Notes: generated from the letters alone by a model not told the origin. 64,000 nt of DNA from a candidate division WWE3 bacterium (GCA_014729135.1 WJKK01000001.1:730919-794918), one strand, 5' to 3'; numbered from the stretch's first letter, positions 39,627 to 50,351 are shown. Numbers and translations: made by a program.

Positions 39627-40406
39627 ATGTCGAATCTTTTATCGTACGAAAAGGAATTGTGGAGTAGGGGGGTTGATTTAGTTGCGGGAGTTGATGAAGC
39701 GGGAAGGGGTCCGCTGGCAGGCCCTATGGTAGTGGCCGCGGTTGCTTTAAATAAAGCACACCTTGAAGGATTATCCTTGTGGTTAGAGAGGTTAGAAACT
39801 GTAACAAAAGCAAATTCAGACGAAAAGTCAAGGATTATCCTTAATCCCAGAAATTACGACGTCTTATCGGAAGAAAAACTAAAAAACTACTCCTTAATTA
39901 ACGACTCAAAAAAATTAACCGAAAAAAGACGAGAACTCCTTTATGACTTCATTAAAAAAGAGGCAATTTCCTATTCCATAATTGAAATTTCACATACCCA
40001 TATAGACACAAAGGGGATTTCAAGCGGAGTGCGGCTTGGTTTTAATAGTGCGGTAAAAGCTCTGGAAAAGCCGCTTAAAAAACTTAACAAAAAGTTAGGT
40101 CATGTTTTAACGGATCACGTAAAGATAGGGAAGATGGCCGACAATTTTCAGACAAATATTACAAAAGGGGATAGTAAAAGCATTAACATAGCAGCAGCTT
40201 CTATTTTGGCAAAGGTTTATCGGGACCGCTTGATGAAGGATTTGAGCTTAAAATTTCCGGAGTATGGTTTTGAAAGACATAAAGGTTATGGCACTAAAGC
40301 TCATAGAGAAGCTATTTTCAAGTTTGGACCTTGTGAAATTCACCGAAAATCCTTTGAACCGGTGAAATCCTTTTTCAAAGCCAGCCAATTCGAAAAAACG
40401 GGCTAA
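39627..40406 (+). CDS. rnhB: Ribonuclease HII
   Basis: GVDEAGRGPLAGP, DSKKL, IAAASILAKV, HKGYGT. Confidence 0.95.
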   Translation: MSNLLSYEKELWSRGVDLVAGVDEAGRGPLAGPMVVAAVALNKAHLEGLSLWLERLETVTKANSDEKSRIILNPRNYDVLSEEKLKNYSLINDSKKLTEKRRELLYDFIKKEAISYSIIEISHTHIDTKGISSGVRLGFNSAVKALEKPLKKLNKKLGHVLTDHVKIGKMADNFQTNITKGDSKSINIAAASILAKVYRDRLMKDLSLKFPEYGFERHKGYGTKAHREAIFKFGPCEIHRKSFEPVKSFFKASQFEKTG

Positions 40407-40462
40407 ATGCAAGGGACAGCAAATCTCACCAAAACAAAACCACATGATAGAATTCATAGGTC

Positions 40463-41635
40463 ATGCCAAAAATCAAGAAACCAAAAAAAACAAATCAAAA
40501 CGCAAGCCACAGAAACAACAAGCACCGAGAAGGAAGTTCTAACCAAAGCAAACAACAAAACCATTATCCACCACGAACGGCACAATTCCCTCTAGCACTC
40601 TCTTTTGACGACGTTCTTCTAAAACCACAGTACTCAAAAATTAAGTCAAGATCAGAAATTAATTTGGAAACACAACTCTCCCCATACTTAAAACTCGAAA
40701 TCCCTCTAATGACAACCAATATGGACACAGTCACCGGGGTGGAAATGGCTGTAAAAATCTCTGAATTGGGTGGTTTGGGCCTTTTGCCGCGGTTCTGCGC
40801 CCCTGAAAAACAGGCAGATCAGGTAGCGGAGGTGATAAAAAAGAAACAAATAGCAGCAGCGTCCGTGGGAATTAAAAAAGGGTTTTTGGAACGAGCAGAG
40901 ATGCTTGTAAATGCTGGAGCCACAATCATTAATGTAGATGTAGCCCATGGCCATTTAGAGGGAGCTATAGAGGCCACAAGAAAAATCCGAAATAAATTCG
41001 GTAAAAGAATTACGATAATATCGGGCATCACGGCTACCGCAGAAGCAGCCGAAGCTCACTACGAGGCAGGCGCTGATTGTATCAGTGTGGGTGTAGGATC
41101 AGGCAGCATCTGCACAACACGTATTATGACAGGCTGCGGAATTCCTGAATTTTCCTCTCTTATGGATGTTGCGCGTGCTGCAAAAAAACACAACAAAACT
41201 TTTATTTCCATAGCAGGGGTAAACAACTCAGGAGACGTAGTTAAAACCCTAGCAACAGGAGCTGCAGCGGTTTGTGCAGGATATATGTTTGCGGGAACAG
41301 ATGAAGCCCCTCCAGAAATCGTTGAAATTAAAGGCAAGAAGTATAAAGAATATAGCGGCTCTACAGCTAAAAAAGAGAAGGTTAAACAGGTGGGAAAGTA
41401 TGGCGCAAATAAAGGAGCAAATTACACTAAACATGTGGAAGGTGTGGAGGGCTTGGTAGAGTATCGGGGGGCCGTTGCCGACGTTGTGGAAGAAGTCTTA
41501 GCAGGAGTTAAATCGGGCATCAGCTATTGTGGAGCTGAGAATATCACAGAGTTGCAAGAAAGAGCGGAGTTTATTCGTGTTACCGCAGGAGGTTTTCGGG
41601 AAAGTGGCGCCCATGATGTTTTCGTAATGGGGTAG
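40463..41635 (+). CDS. guaB: IMP dehydrogenase / GMP reductase family protein lacking the CBS pair
   Basis: LSFDDVLL, DVAHGH, GSGSICTTR, EGVEG. IMPDH vs GMPR not resolved. Confidence 0.8.
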   Translation: MPKIKKPKKTNQNASHRNNKHREGSSNQSKQQNHYPPRTAQFPLALSFDDVLLKPQYSKIKSRSEINLETQLSPYLKLEIPLMTTNMDTVTGVEMAVKISELGGLGLLPRFCAPEKQADQVAEVIKKKQIAAASVGIKKGFLERAEMLVNAGATIINVDVAHGHLEGAIEATRKIRNKFGKRITIISGITATAEAAEAHYEAGADCISVGVGSGSICTTRIMTGCGIPEFSSLMDVARAAKKHNKTFISIAGVNNSGDVVKTLATGAAAVCAGYMFAGTDEAPPEIVEIKGKKYKEYSGSTAKKEKVKQVGKYGANKGANYTKHVEGVEGLVEYRGAVADVVEEVLAGVKSGISYCGAENITELQERAEFIRVTAGGFRESGAHDVFVMG

Positions 41636-41664
41636 TGCAAATTTGTATGAATAAATAAAAAAGC

Positions 41665-42645
41665 CTACTCGACATCAGGCAGTACATCCTTATGGAAACG
41701 CTTATGCGTCTCCTTAAGGCGCTGATTTGTAACATGCGTATAAATCTGGGTCGTCGAAACATCCGAATGACCCAAAAGCTCCTGCACAGAACGCAAATCA
41801 GCTCCCTCCTGTAAAAGCCCCGTAGCAAAAGTGTGACGCAACGTGTGGGGAGTAACATCAACCGCCAAACCAGCCCTACGCCCATACTTCTTAATCATCC
41901 GCTGAACACTGCGAGCACTCAAGCGCAAAGACTCTCCATCGGGATCCTCATCCTCCATACTCTTACCGGAATAACGCAAAAACAAAGGCACAAACTCATC
42001 CCGACGGGTTGACAAATAACGACGTATCCACTGGCGGGCGGAAGGACTCAAATAAACAGTACGAGCCTTGCGTCCTTTACCTATAACCGTAAATTCACCT
42101 GTCTCCAAATTAATGTCATCCACATTTAAACCAACAAGCTCACTAACACGCAAACCCGTACTAAAAAGCGTTTCCAAAATTGCACGGTCACGAATACCTG
42201 AACGCTTGTTTAAATCCTGGGCAGAAAAGAGGCGTTCGAGCTGATCCTCATTTAAAACCTTAGGAACTCTGTCGCCACTTTTACCTAGATTGATTTGATC
42301 AGGAGAAATCACACTTAAATCACGTTCCACAATTAGATATTTCAAAAAAGCGCGAATTGCAACCATAAAAGTTTTTTGCGTCGACTGCTTATAACCGTCA
42401 TCTGAACGGGAATTTTTTCGACGATTTAAAAAGACACGATATTTACGAAGATTTTCCATTTGCAGATCCGCCGGATAAATCTTTTCTTTTTTTAGGTAAT
42501 CTTTAAGCCAGCCAAAAAAATCATTTAGGTAAAAATCATACATGCGAACAGTGCTTTGGGCCAGATTTTTTTCAATCTCGCAATATTCAAGATAATCAAT
42601 TAAAAGTGCGTCTAGTGAGTTTTTTCCTAAGGATGTGATACTCAT
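41665..42645 (-). CDS. Xer-family tyrosine recombinase
   Basis: TGLRVSEL, GKGRKAR, TPHTLRHTFA, LLGH, TTQIYTHV. Confidence 0.93.
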   Translation of the reverse strand: MSITSLGKNSLDALLIDYLEYCEIEKNLAQSTVRMYDFYLNDFFGWLKDYLKKEKIYPADLQMENLRKYRVFLNRRKNSRSDDGYKQSTQKTFMVAIRAFLKYLIVERDLSVISPDQINLGKSGDRVPKVLNEDQLERLFSAQDLNKRSGIRDRAILETLFSTGLRVSELVGLNVDDINLETGEFTVIGKGRKARTVYLSPSARQWIRRYLSTRRDEFVPLFLRYSGKSMEDEDPDGESLRLSARSVQRMIKKYGRRAGLAVDVTPHTLRHTFATGLLQEGADLRSVQELLGHSDVSTTQIYTHVTNQRLKETHKRFHKDVLPDVE

Positions 42646-43029
42646 GGTGTGTTTAAAAAGTTGCTTAGAATCGATTCTAGAGCCTCCATTTTTGGCAGGT
42701 TTTTGGAAAGTTTAGTTGTATTAAGTTGGAGACCTAAAACCGTCAAGGATGTACTTTGCATACTAAATTTATAACGTAAAATGCGACATTAATCAAAGTT
42801 TCAGTACAAGGTAACTAAATCCAAAAGGAGCATCTCCAGGGAAAAACCGCAGGAAACAAGGAGGAATCAACTAGAAAAGAAAACTAATTAAAGGCAAAAG
42901 GGAAGGGATAAAAATCAAATAAATTATTTTTAAATTTTTTAGAAGTAATTACATGGAAATTTATGGGAGATAAAGCCACACCATACACAAAGATAGGGAA
43001 GTGGCAAATTGGTAAATCTTGACAGAAAT

Positions 43030-43063
43030 AGGACGTCGTATAATGTATGTTTAACGACATTGA
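43030..43063. other. dif/loxP-like tyrosine recombinase site (candidate)
   Basis: AGGACGTCGTATA-ATGTATGT-TTAACGACATTGA; imperfect palindromic arms; 385 bp upstream of xer. Confidence 0.5.
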
Positions 43064-43257
43064 GTATGTTAAAGATATGACAGAGGCAGATAAAGAGGAA
43101 AAAGGATACATTTACGGTAATGGAGAAGGATACTAATTAAAACCGCACTTAATTAAAATAATTTATCACTTTTTAGATTTAATAATTGTTAATTAAATGC
43201 TTTTTTCCTTTAATTACACCGCAAATAAATGCCTTAAATTATTCGGAAATTTAGAAG

Positions 43258-43266
43258 TTATCCACA
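43258..43266 (+). promoter_or_regulatory. Perfect DnaA box
   Basis: TTATCCACA beside an AT-rich tract; only one perfect box seen here. Confidence 0.35.
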
Positions 43267-43451
43267 GAAGGAGTGATTTGCAGTAATTACCAAAGTATGA
43301 CAACCCTACGTTCGCCAAAGTATGACAAACCCCCTACCCTACTCTAACCCGAAACCTAGCAACTCAAACTATAGGGTGATAATAAACTATAGGACTATAG
43401 GCCAACCTCACCACTACCACTTCCCTACTTTGCCCTGTTAATAAAGGAGTA

Positions 43452-44270
43452 CTAAGGCCTGAAAGCTAAAAGAATCAATAATAAAATAAGAAAAATTAAT
43501 CCATAATGATACATCAGATTGCTATTTATCTTGTTTTTCATATGCCCATCCAAATAGTTAACGCCAAAGAGCACTACCGATGCGCTAAATAATCCACGCA
43601 AAAAGGCCTCCGTAGGAAAAAAGGAGACCGTCAAGTGAGTACTTACTACTATAAAGGCCAAAAAAGCACAATTGACTAAAACATCTATCCAATTTACTCT
43701 TCTTGCCCTATCATCAAAGCTAATACTCCAAAAAAAGTAAACTCCAAACATAAAAGCAAATACTCCCGCCAGACCACTTTGCAACAAAGGACTAACATCC
43801 AGTTTATACACACCAGCAAACAACGGAATGGCTATAACAACAATTAAAATCTGACTCCATGTTACTGCAGCTCTATATAAAGGAATAGTGTCCTCCTTCT
43901 CACGTACCACTAAGAAAATGTTATTTACGAGATTAACCAGGTATAAAAGGACCCCTACTACTCCTAAACCGGAGAGCTTAAAAGCTAAACTAAAATTGGG
44001 AAAGTGAAAAAGTGTAAAAAATGCCCCTAAAACAAGCAAAACAGGGAGCAACACAACTAAAAAGCCTCTATAGTCAGTAATAGAGGTATATTGAGTAACA
44101 ATTGCCCCTACTACCGTAAATCCCGTAAGAAAGAGAAAAGGTTGCATAGCCACCTGCCGATAGCCAATGGATGTTTCTACCCAGAACAAAAGTAAAACAA
44201 CACCTAATGAGTATAAAATGTACCTGAATTTCTTAGAACTAAGATTTTGTAAGATTGTCATAAACGTCAA
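43452..44270 (-). CDS. Multi-pass membrane protein
   Basis: About 9 hydrophobic helices; coupled to yebC. Confidence 0.75.
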   Translation of the reverse strand: MTFMTILQNLSSKKFRYILYSLGVVLLLFWVETSIGYRQVAMQPFLFLTGFTVVGAIVTQYTSITDYRGFLVVLLPVLLVLGAFFTLFHFPNFSLAFKLSGLGVVGVLLYLVNLVNNIFLVVREKEDTIPLYRAAVTWSQILIVVIAIPLFAGVYKLDVSPLLQSGLAGVFAFMFGVYFFWSISFDDRARRVNWIDVLVNCAFLAFIVVSTHLTVSFFPTEAFLRGLFSASVVLFGVNYLDGHMKNKINSNLMYHYGLIFLILLLILLAFRP

Positions 44271-44775
44271 CTACATCATCATGATCATCTAATTCATTAA
44301 TAAGCCCCTCTACCCCATTATACTCTCCTTTTTCTAAAGGCACCTCAAAACCGGGCTCCATATTATCGCCAAAAATATAACTTGCAGATCCTTTTGTACC
44401 CAAAGATCCACCTGCCTTTTCTAAAATATTTCTAATTTCAGCCACTGTCCTGTTCCTATTGTCTGTAACCGTATGGATCACCAAAGCAACCCCATAGGGC
44501 GCATAACCCTCATATACCACGCGCTCCAAAGCAGCAGCACCTTTCAACTCACCGGTTCCCTTCTTAATAGCCTTCTCAATATTATCCTTAGGCATATTAG
44601 CTTCCTTGGCCTTATCAATAAGCATAGTAAGCGAAGGATTCATTTCAGGATCTCCCCCGCCTTCACGAGCAGCAACCGTAATCTTTTTAGAAAGCTTGGA
44701 GAAAACCTTACCTTTTCTGGCGTCAACAACAGCCTTTTGATGCCTTATTTTAGACCACTTATTATGTCCACTCAT
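44239..44775 (-). CDS. yebC: YebC/PmpR family protein (short form)
   Basis: [34 protein letters not shown]. Confidence 0.93.
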   Translation of the reverse strand: MSGHNKWSKIRHQKAVVDARKGKVFSKLSKKITVAAREGGGDPEMNPSLTMLIDKAKEANMPKDNIEKAIKKGTGELKGAAALERVVYEGYAPYGVALVIHTVTDNRNRTVAEIRNILEKAGGSLGTKGSASYIFGDNMEPGFEVPLEKGEYNGVEGLINELDDHDDVVDVYDNLTKS

Positions 44776-44892
44776 GGGATGATTTTAGCATACAAACAGG
44801 CCGTTTCCTTTAGCGCCTCCACTATGGAAAGCAACGTTTTTTCAACGTTTTTTAGTTGACAAGACTCCCCTATTTGGTAAGGTTGTTTTTGT

Positions 44893-45156
44893 ATGAGTTT
44901 AGGTTTAGAAGAAACCGCAATAAAACTTGCACTTCAAAAGGAATGGGACAAGGCAATTGCCCTAAATAAAAAGGTTCTCCAAAATAATTCAAAAAATAAA
45001 AAGGCTCTTTTAAGGTTGGGTAAGGCGTATATGCAAAAAGAGGAGTATCTTGAGGCCAAAAGGGCTTTTAAGAAGGTGCTTGAGATTGACTCTATAAATA
45101 AGATTGCGCTTAAAAACCTTAAGAAAATAGACCAAAGGTCCCCCGCAAGAGTCTAA
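44893..45156 (+). CDS. Small TPR protein
   Basis: ALLRLGKAY...AKRAFKKVLEIDSINKIALKNL. Confidence 0.8.
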   Translation: MSLGLEETAIKLALQKEWDKAIALNKKVLQNNSKNKKALLRLGKAYMQKEEYLEAKRAFKKVLEIDSINKIALKNLKKIDQRSPARV

Positions 45157-45169
45157 TTACTCGCAAGCT

Positions 45170-45273
45170 AGAGTAAGTACCCCCTTTTTCTCTCACGTTT
45201 CGCGTGACTTTCCTTTTTTAATAGAAAAGTAAGTCCCGCTGCAAAAGTTCTTTCAAAAGGGGGTACTTACTCT
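45170..45273. repeat. Palindromic dispersed element, copy A
   Basis: Perfect 19-bp terminal IR AGAGTAAGTACCCCCTTTT; core shared with 55154-55309. Confidence 0.75.
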
Positions 45274-45358
45274 GAGGATACGGCAAGAAAGATATCTCTC
45301 TTTTGAGTGACATTTCGGAGCAAAGCGACGTCGTGGAACGAAAAAGAGAGATATCTTC

Positions 45359-48187
45359 CTAAGAGGCCTCAGAGTCATCCCCAATTCGCGCATCCACCTC
45401 CGGGTTCAACCCCTTCATAGAAAGCTTAATCTTCCCCGTATCCTCAGAAACCTCCAAAACCTTAACCTTAACCTTCTCACCTGCTTCAGCCAGCCCATCA
45501 ATATCCTTAACATACTTCTCAGAAATCTCGCTAATGTGAACCAAACCGGTAACTCCCTTCTTGATCTCCACAAAAAGGCCAAAACCTGCCACATCAGCAA
45601 TAGTTCCCTCATAAACAGCATCTGCCTCAATGTTGGAAATATCCTGCTCTAAAACCTCCTCCTCTTCCGGAGAAAGATCCACAACATCGCCTGCCTTACG
45701 ACGCTCAGAAATAGCCCTACCCAAATCAAACTCAGTTTCCGTCCAATTGTTAATCTCCCGCGTTACCTCCTCCACGGAAACGCCAAACTTCTCCCGACTT
45801 CGCTGCAAGATACTCTCCTTATTTCCCGACTTAGGCACTAAATTATCCTTCCAAGGAAGCAAAATCTTTGCAGAAAAAGGCATAGATGTCATACCATTAA
45901 TCATCAGCTTTATATAAATGTGGAAGCGCTCCATGGAAATAAGGTCATTCTCATCAAAAAACGGCGCAAACTCCTTGGACATTGCAAAGGCGTCAGGAGC
46001 TCCCAGAGCAAACGAAGCAATAGTCCCAACGTTACCTAAAACCGCCTGTAGAAGCTCCTCAGGAAGCTGAGCGGTATACTGGTGCGTCAGATGCAAAGCC
46101 AGTTTATACTTTCGCGACTCTGACAAAATCGACTCAAAACTTCCTGTAGCAAAGTTTTGAAACTCGTCAACATACAAATAAAAAGGTCGACGCTCATCCG
46201 GAGGGAGCTTAGCCCTCTGCAAAGCCATAAACTGAATCCTGGAAACCAGCAAAGCACCCAACAAATTAGCATTATCCGCTCCAATCTTACCCTTAGAAAG
46301 ATTCATGAGCAAAATCTTGCCCTCATTCATAATGTTCCAAAAATTAATTGTAGACTTTTGCTGCCCCAAAATATTTCTAATAGTTGAGGACGCCAAGAAC
46401 CTATTAACCTTGTTCTGAATTGGCGCTATTGCCTCTGTTACAAGCTTGTTATTCCCCTTCATGTTTTTATACTCGGTGTTCCAAAACTTCATAACAACGG
46501 GATCGTCCACATAATGGAGAATGTATTTCAGGTAATTTGGATCTTCCAACAAACGAGTAATTCCCAGCATTGTTGTATCCGGAGCCGAAAGCAAAGTCAA
46601 AATAGAGTAATTGAGTAAATATTCTAATCGGGGTCCCCAAGAGTAATCAAAATGCTGTTTAATAGCTGCTACTAAAGCAGAAGCCATCAGGTTTTTTTGC
46701 GAAGGATCATCAAGTTCCATTAGGTTTATGCCCACAGGATTTTCCAAATCCGACGGATCCACGTAAATAACGTCCTCAATACGGTCATCCGGAATTCTTT
46801 CCAAAACTGTATCAATTGTTTCCCCATGTGGATCCAAAACGCCTACGCCATAGCCCTTAGCAATATCCTGTGTCACCATATTTACAAACATAGTCGATTT
46901 ACCTGTACCGGACTTCCCTATTAGGTACATATGGCGTAACCGATCGTTACCGTCTTTAATTCCAAAGCGCATTTTTTTGTCGCGGTAAATTGTTTCGGCA
47001 ATATAGGTACAATCTTTTGTGGGCAATTCCGCAGGGGGCTCACCTTTTTTAGAGTAAACCCAGGAGGACATGTTAGGAGTGGCTATAACGGAGGAGGGTA
47101 AATGGAAAACTGCAGCAAGCTCTTCTATGTTTAGAATAAAAGCCTCGTTGGGATTAAAGCAGCGATCCCGAAAGCCTTGCAGAATTGAGGCTTTGTCGGC
47201 AGTTTTAGCAGCAGTAAAGCTGTTAGTTGTAGTTGTATAGAATTGCTTTAGGGAGGCTATTAGGGAGCGCATGTTACTTTGAGCAAGTCCCGGATCCGCT
47301 GCTGCAGAGGCCAAACGAACCTGAACAAAATAACCGAGTTTTGAGAGCTTGTTTTCTACAGCCTGGATCTCTAGTTCTTGTGTGGGTGATAAACGAACAG
47401 GCTCATCCCCTCCTCCGGTGGAACGCGCCCTAGCTTGAGATTCTTCGGCACTTCGAAAAAAGCCCGTTAAAAGCTCTACAATAATTTCGCCAACTTCAGA
47501 GACAATAGCAAAAAAGATAGATTTAATTTCATCACCAAACTGCTTTTTCTCGTAAGCTACTCCATCACGAATGGCCTCTACATAAGCAATTCCCTCATCC
47601 TGCCAAACATCCGGAGCAGGACGCACAAGTATTTGCATTCCCAGAAAGTCTTCAGGACCCACGTTTGACATAACAGAGGTAATTCCTGAAAGGGGGTCTA
47701 CTTCTAAGTCGCGAAAAGACTTTAAGGGGAAGAAAAATTCGCGGGAGAGTTTTAGCTGCGTGGTTTCATAATGCGTGTGAGTTAAAAGGCGGTCGGTGTA
47801 ATCGTCTACTATTTTGATTTGGGCGGAGGCATATTGGGCGTAAACCTGACTTTCAACAAATTTGGATATGCGCTTGGGAACAACCAAGTAAAAGCGAATG
47901 CCGTCCTCTCCTTGGGAGATTATTTCCAGTGAAAAGTATTCCTGGTCGTCGGATTCTTCTTTTAGTAGTCCGTGAAGGGCAGCAAACATGCTTTCGGCTG
48001 CTAACGAGGATGCCTGTATGTCTTGACGGGATTCGTCTATGCGAGGAACGCGAACCTCTAAGACGTTAACTTCGCCGGAAAGTAGACACTCCTCTCCCCC
48101 GCCGGATTTTCGCAGTTTTCGCGCTATAAAAATAGATATCACTCCAAGGCCAAATGCTAAAGGGCCTAGAATGCCATATGTTGACAT
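45359..48187 (-). CDS. VirD4/TraG/HerA-like P-loop ATPase with C-terminal S1 domain
   Basis: RHMYLIGKSGTGKS, LDPHG, YVDEFQNF, SESRKY; S1 motif FGLFVEI...GLVHISEIS...KIKLSMK. Confidence 0.88.
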   Translation of the reverse strand: MSTYGILGPLAFGLGVISIFIARKLRKSGGGEECLLSGEVNVLEVRVPRIDESRQDIQASSLAAESMFAALHGLLKEESDDQEYFSLEIISQGEDGIRFYLVVPKRISKFVESQVYAQYASAQIKIVDDYTDRLLTHTHYETTQLKLSREFFFPLKSFRDLEVDPLSGITSVMSNVGPEDFLGMQILVRPAPDVWQDEGIAYVEAIRDGVAYEKKQFGDEIKSIFFAIVSEVGEIIVELLTGFFRSAEESQARARSTGGGDEPVRLSPTQELEIQAVENKLSKLGYFVQVRLASAAADPGLAQSNMRSLIASLKQFYTTTTNSFTAAKTADKASILQGFRDRCFNPNEAFILNIEELAAVFHLPSSVIATPNMSSWVYSKKGEPPAELPTKDCTYIAETIYRDKKMRFGIKDGNDRLRHMYLIGKSGTGKSTMFVNMVTQDIAKGYGVGVLDPHGETIDTVLERIPDDRIEDVIYVDPSDLENPVGINLMELDDPSQKNLMASALVAAIKQHFDYSWGPRLEYLLNYSILTLLSAPDTTMLGITRLLEDPNYLKYILHYVDDPVVMKFWNTEYKNMKGNNKLVTEAIAPIQNKVNRFLASSTIRNILGQQKSTINFWNIMNEGKILLMNLSKGKIGADNANLLGALLVSRIQFMALQRAKLPPDERRPFYLYVDEFQNFATGSFESILSESRKYKLALHLTHQYTAQLPEELLQAVLGNVGTIASFALGAPDAFAMSKEFAPFFDENDLISMERFHIYIKLMINGMTSMPFSAKILLPWKDNLVPKSGNKESILQRSREKFGVSVEEVTREINNWTETEFDLGRAISERRKAGDVVDLSPEEEEVLEQDISNIEADAVYEGTIADVAGFGLFVEIKKGVTGLVHISEISEKYVKDIDGLAEAGEKVKVKVLEVSEDTGKIKLSMKGLNPEVDARIGDDSEAS

Positions 48188-48367
48188 AGGTTTAGTTTGG
48201 ATGGAGATGGGGTCTTTGTTTTTTGTTGCCGTAACAGCAGGTTCTCAGTATATCTGCCTTAACGCTTTTAACTTGGCACAAAAGTAGCGCTTAGTACTAG
48301 CAGATGTTCCTATTGTCGGTTAGTTTTGAAAGTCTGTCAAGTGCAATAATGGACTTAAGGGATTGGC

Positions 48368-49495
48368 TTATTCCCCTCCCAAAATCAGCGTCACGTCAGC
48401 ACGATCAATAACCGACTCATTACTCCCCAAGGAATAAGAGGCCTTTTCATAAATTCGATCAGGCGAAACATCAAAAAACCTTGCCAAATAGGCCACTGTA
48501 ACACTTCCAACGTCATCCGCAACAATATAAGTATCCGAATAAGAACCGATAGCATTGTCCACCGCCACAACATGGCCTCCCCTATTTTTAACCACGCGTG
48601 CCCCGAAACTTGCCAGGCCGGGCATAGAGGTACCATTTAAAACTGCTATACTTTTTTTCTCCTCTGCAAAAGTGGAGTCGTAGGTTTGCTGCCTGGTGTA
48701 GGCGTCTAAAGCCTCCGTTGTAGTGAACGCCACATGCTGAATATCCTTTGAGGAAAAAGATCGACTAATGGAATAGAGGTGCAAAAAATCACTAAATGTC
48801 ATATCGGTTTTTAGGGAGTTGCGAATGCACTTTACATCAGACTTATCAAAAAGCTCTGTGAAGCTGCCTTCTATAATGAGATTTTTGGAAAAGTCTGAAA
48901 GTGAAGGCTCCACCATTACAAAGCGGTCTATGTCAAGGCCTGTCAAATCTTTTAGGGCCTTTCGTGTGTAGGAAATTCCTGCGTTGAAGTTTGCTTCAGA
49001 GGTGGTTTGGGAGGTGTTGGTGTCGCTGTCTTCAGTGGAAGAAGCGCTGCTATCTAAAGTGCCTAAAGCAAAAGACCTGGAAATTGCCTCCTCCCCAAAC
49101 TTACCCGGCATATCCACCTGCTGATCCGGAGAAATGTCATAAACAGCAAAACTCTCATGTGAGGGGCTAATTAAAAGCACTTTTATATCCGCCAAAATTA
49201 AGGGACTTTCATTAAAGTCTTTTGCAAAGGTTTCCTTGGAAGTTAAAAGCGCTAGTGCATAGAAATCTTGATTTTGAAAGTCTTGGGAAGTGTTGGAGGA
49301 AGCGGACGTGTAACTTTGATGAAACTGTTTGTAAAATGCGTAAAAGCTGAGAAAAAGTAGGAAAGAAACAAACAAACCGCCTATTCCCAGATATTTTTGA
49401 AGTTGCTTTTTTCGAGTTTTGCGGGATTTTGAGGTACGTTTTTTCCTATTAAAAAGGGATTTTTTGGCAGCTTTTCTGGCAGTTTTAGCGGGCAT
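48368..49495 (-). CDS. LytR C-terminal domain membrane protein (LCP-like)
   Basis: Basic N-terminus, TM, IAVLNGTSMPGLA...ADVTLILG. Confidence 0.8.
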   Translation of the reverse strand: MPAKTARKAAKKSLFNRKKRTSKSRKTRKKQLQKYLGIGGLFVSFLLFLSFYAFYKQFHQSYTSASSNTSQDFQNQDFYALALLTSKETFAKDFNESPLILADIKVLLISPSHESFAVYDISPDQQVDMPGKFGEEAISRSFALGTLDSSASSTEDSDTNTSQTTSEANFNAGISYTRKALKDLTGLDIDRFVMVEPSLSDFSKNLIIEGSFTELFDKSDVKCIRNSLKTDMTFSDFLHLYSISRSFSSKDIQHVAFTTTEALDAYTRQQTYDSTFAEEKKSIAVLNGTSMPGLASFGARVVKNRGGHVVAVDNAIGSYSDTYIVADDVGSVTVAYLARFFDVSPDRIYEKASYSLGSNESVIDRADVTLILGGE

Positions 49496-49527
49496 TAAAA
49501 ATATTGTAACAGAAGATCAGGCGAATT

Positions 49528-50274
49528 TTAATAGTATTTTTGGAATTCTGTCGGGACTTGCGTAGCGTATGTCACTTTTTTACGTGACAGGGGATGATAA
49601 ATCTCAATTTGCTTTGCATGAAGCATTAAACGTCCAAACTGTGCTTTGTCCTCTTGGTAAGAGGATTTAGGGGCGTAGGTTTTATCACCAACCACCGGAT
49701 GATTTAGTGCGGAAAGATGCACGCGAATTTGATGAGTTCTTCCGGTTTTGGGCTGTGCCTGAACTAGGGAGTATTTTTCCTTAAAATTTAGAAGCCTAAA
49801 TGTAGTTTTTGCGGACTTACCCCCTTCTACAACAGCGAATTTAAAGCGATTTTTCGGGTTTCTGGCTATGGGGGCATTTACCTCTATTAAGGGATCCTTG
49901 AGTTTCCCGTGAGTTAGGGCAATGTACTCCTTTTTTACCTTACGCGTTTTAAATTGACTCATAAGATACCGGAGTGTTTCAGGATCCTTGGCCACTAGGA
50001 TTATGCCCGATGTCCCTTTGTCGAGGCGGTGCGCTAATCCGGAGCGACGTGTGAAAATTTGCTGCGGGGTGGGTTCTTCACTGGAGTTGTTGGAGGCTTC
50101 GGAATTATCGGAGGCTTCATCCGGAGAAAACAACTCAAGATAATCCTCTAAAAAGTCCTGAAGGGTCTTATCTTTTGTGGTATTCGAGCGATTTACTATT
50201 AAACCGGAGGGCTTGTCCAAAACCAGCAACGCCTCATCTTCGTGAATTATTTTAATGTCATCATTTATTTTCAT
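49528..50274 (-). CDS. RluA-family pseudouridine synthase
   Basis: DKPSGL, HRLDKGTSG, TGRTHQIRVH, LMLHA. Confidence 0.93.
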   Translation of the reverse strand: MKINDDIKIIHEDEALLVLDKPSGLIVNRSNTTKDKTLQDFLEDYLELFSPDEASDNSEASNNSSEEPTPQQIFTRRSGLAHRLDKGTSGIILVAKDPETLRYLMSQFKTRKVKKEYIALTHGKLKDPLIEVNAPIARNPKNRFKFAVVEGGKSAKTTFRLLNFKEKYSLVQAQPKTGRTHQIRVHLSALNHPVVGDKTYAPKSSYQEDKAQFGRLMLHAKQIEIYHPLSRKKVTYATQVPTEFQKYY

Positions 50275-50351
50275 ATACTGTCATCTTCAAGTATGATACT
50301 CCAATATTTGCATACTTCGTGCCTCTATTATGCGAAAAAAGACACTTTTAT

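Noticed and set aside
43047-43136. 29-aa ORF MFNDIEYVKDMTEADKEEKGYIYGNGEGY
   Set aside because: Overlaps the dif-like site, has no SD, and TTGACA-TATAAT spacing is only 14 bp. Cannot be supported without homologues.
41665-48187. Integrative conjugative element (recombinase plus VirD4-like ATPase)
   Set aside because: Genes are interleaved with housekeeping genes. No relaxase, VirB4 partner set or att repeats are seen.
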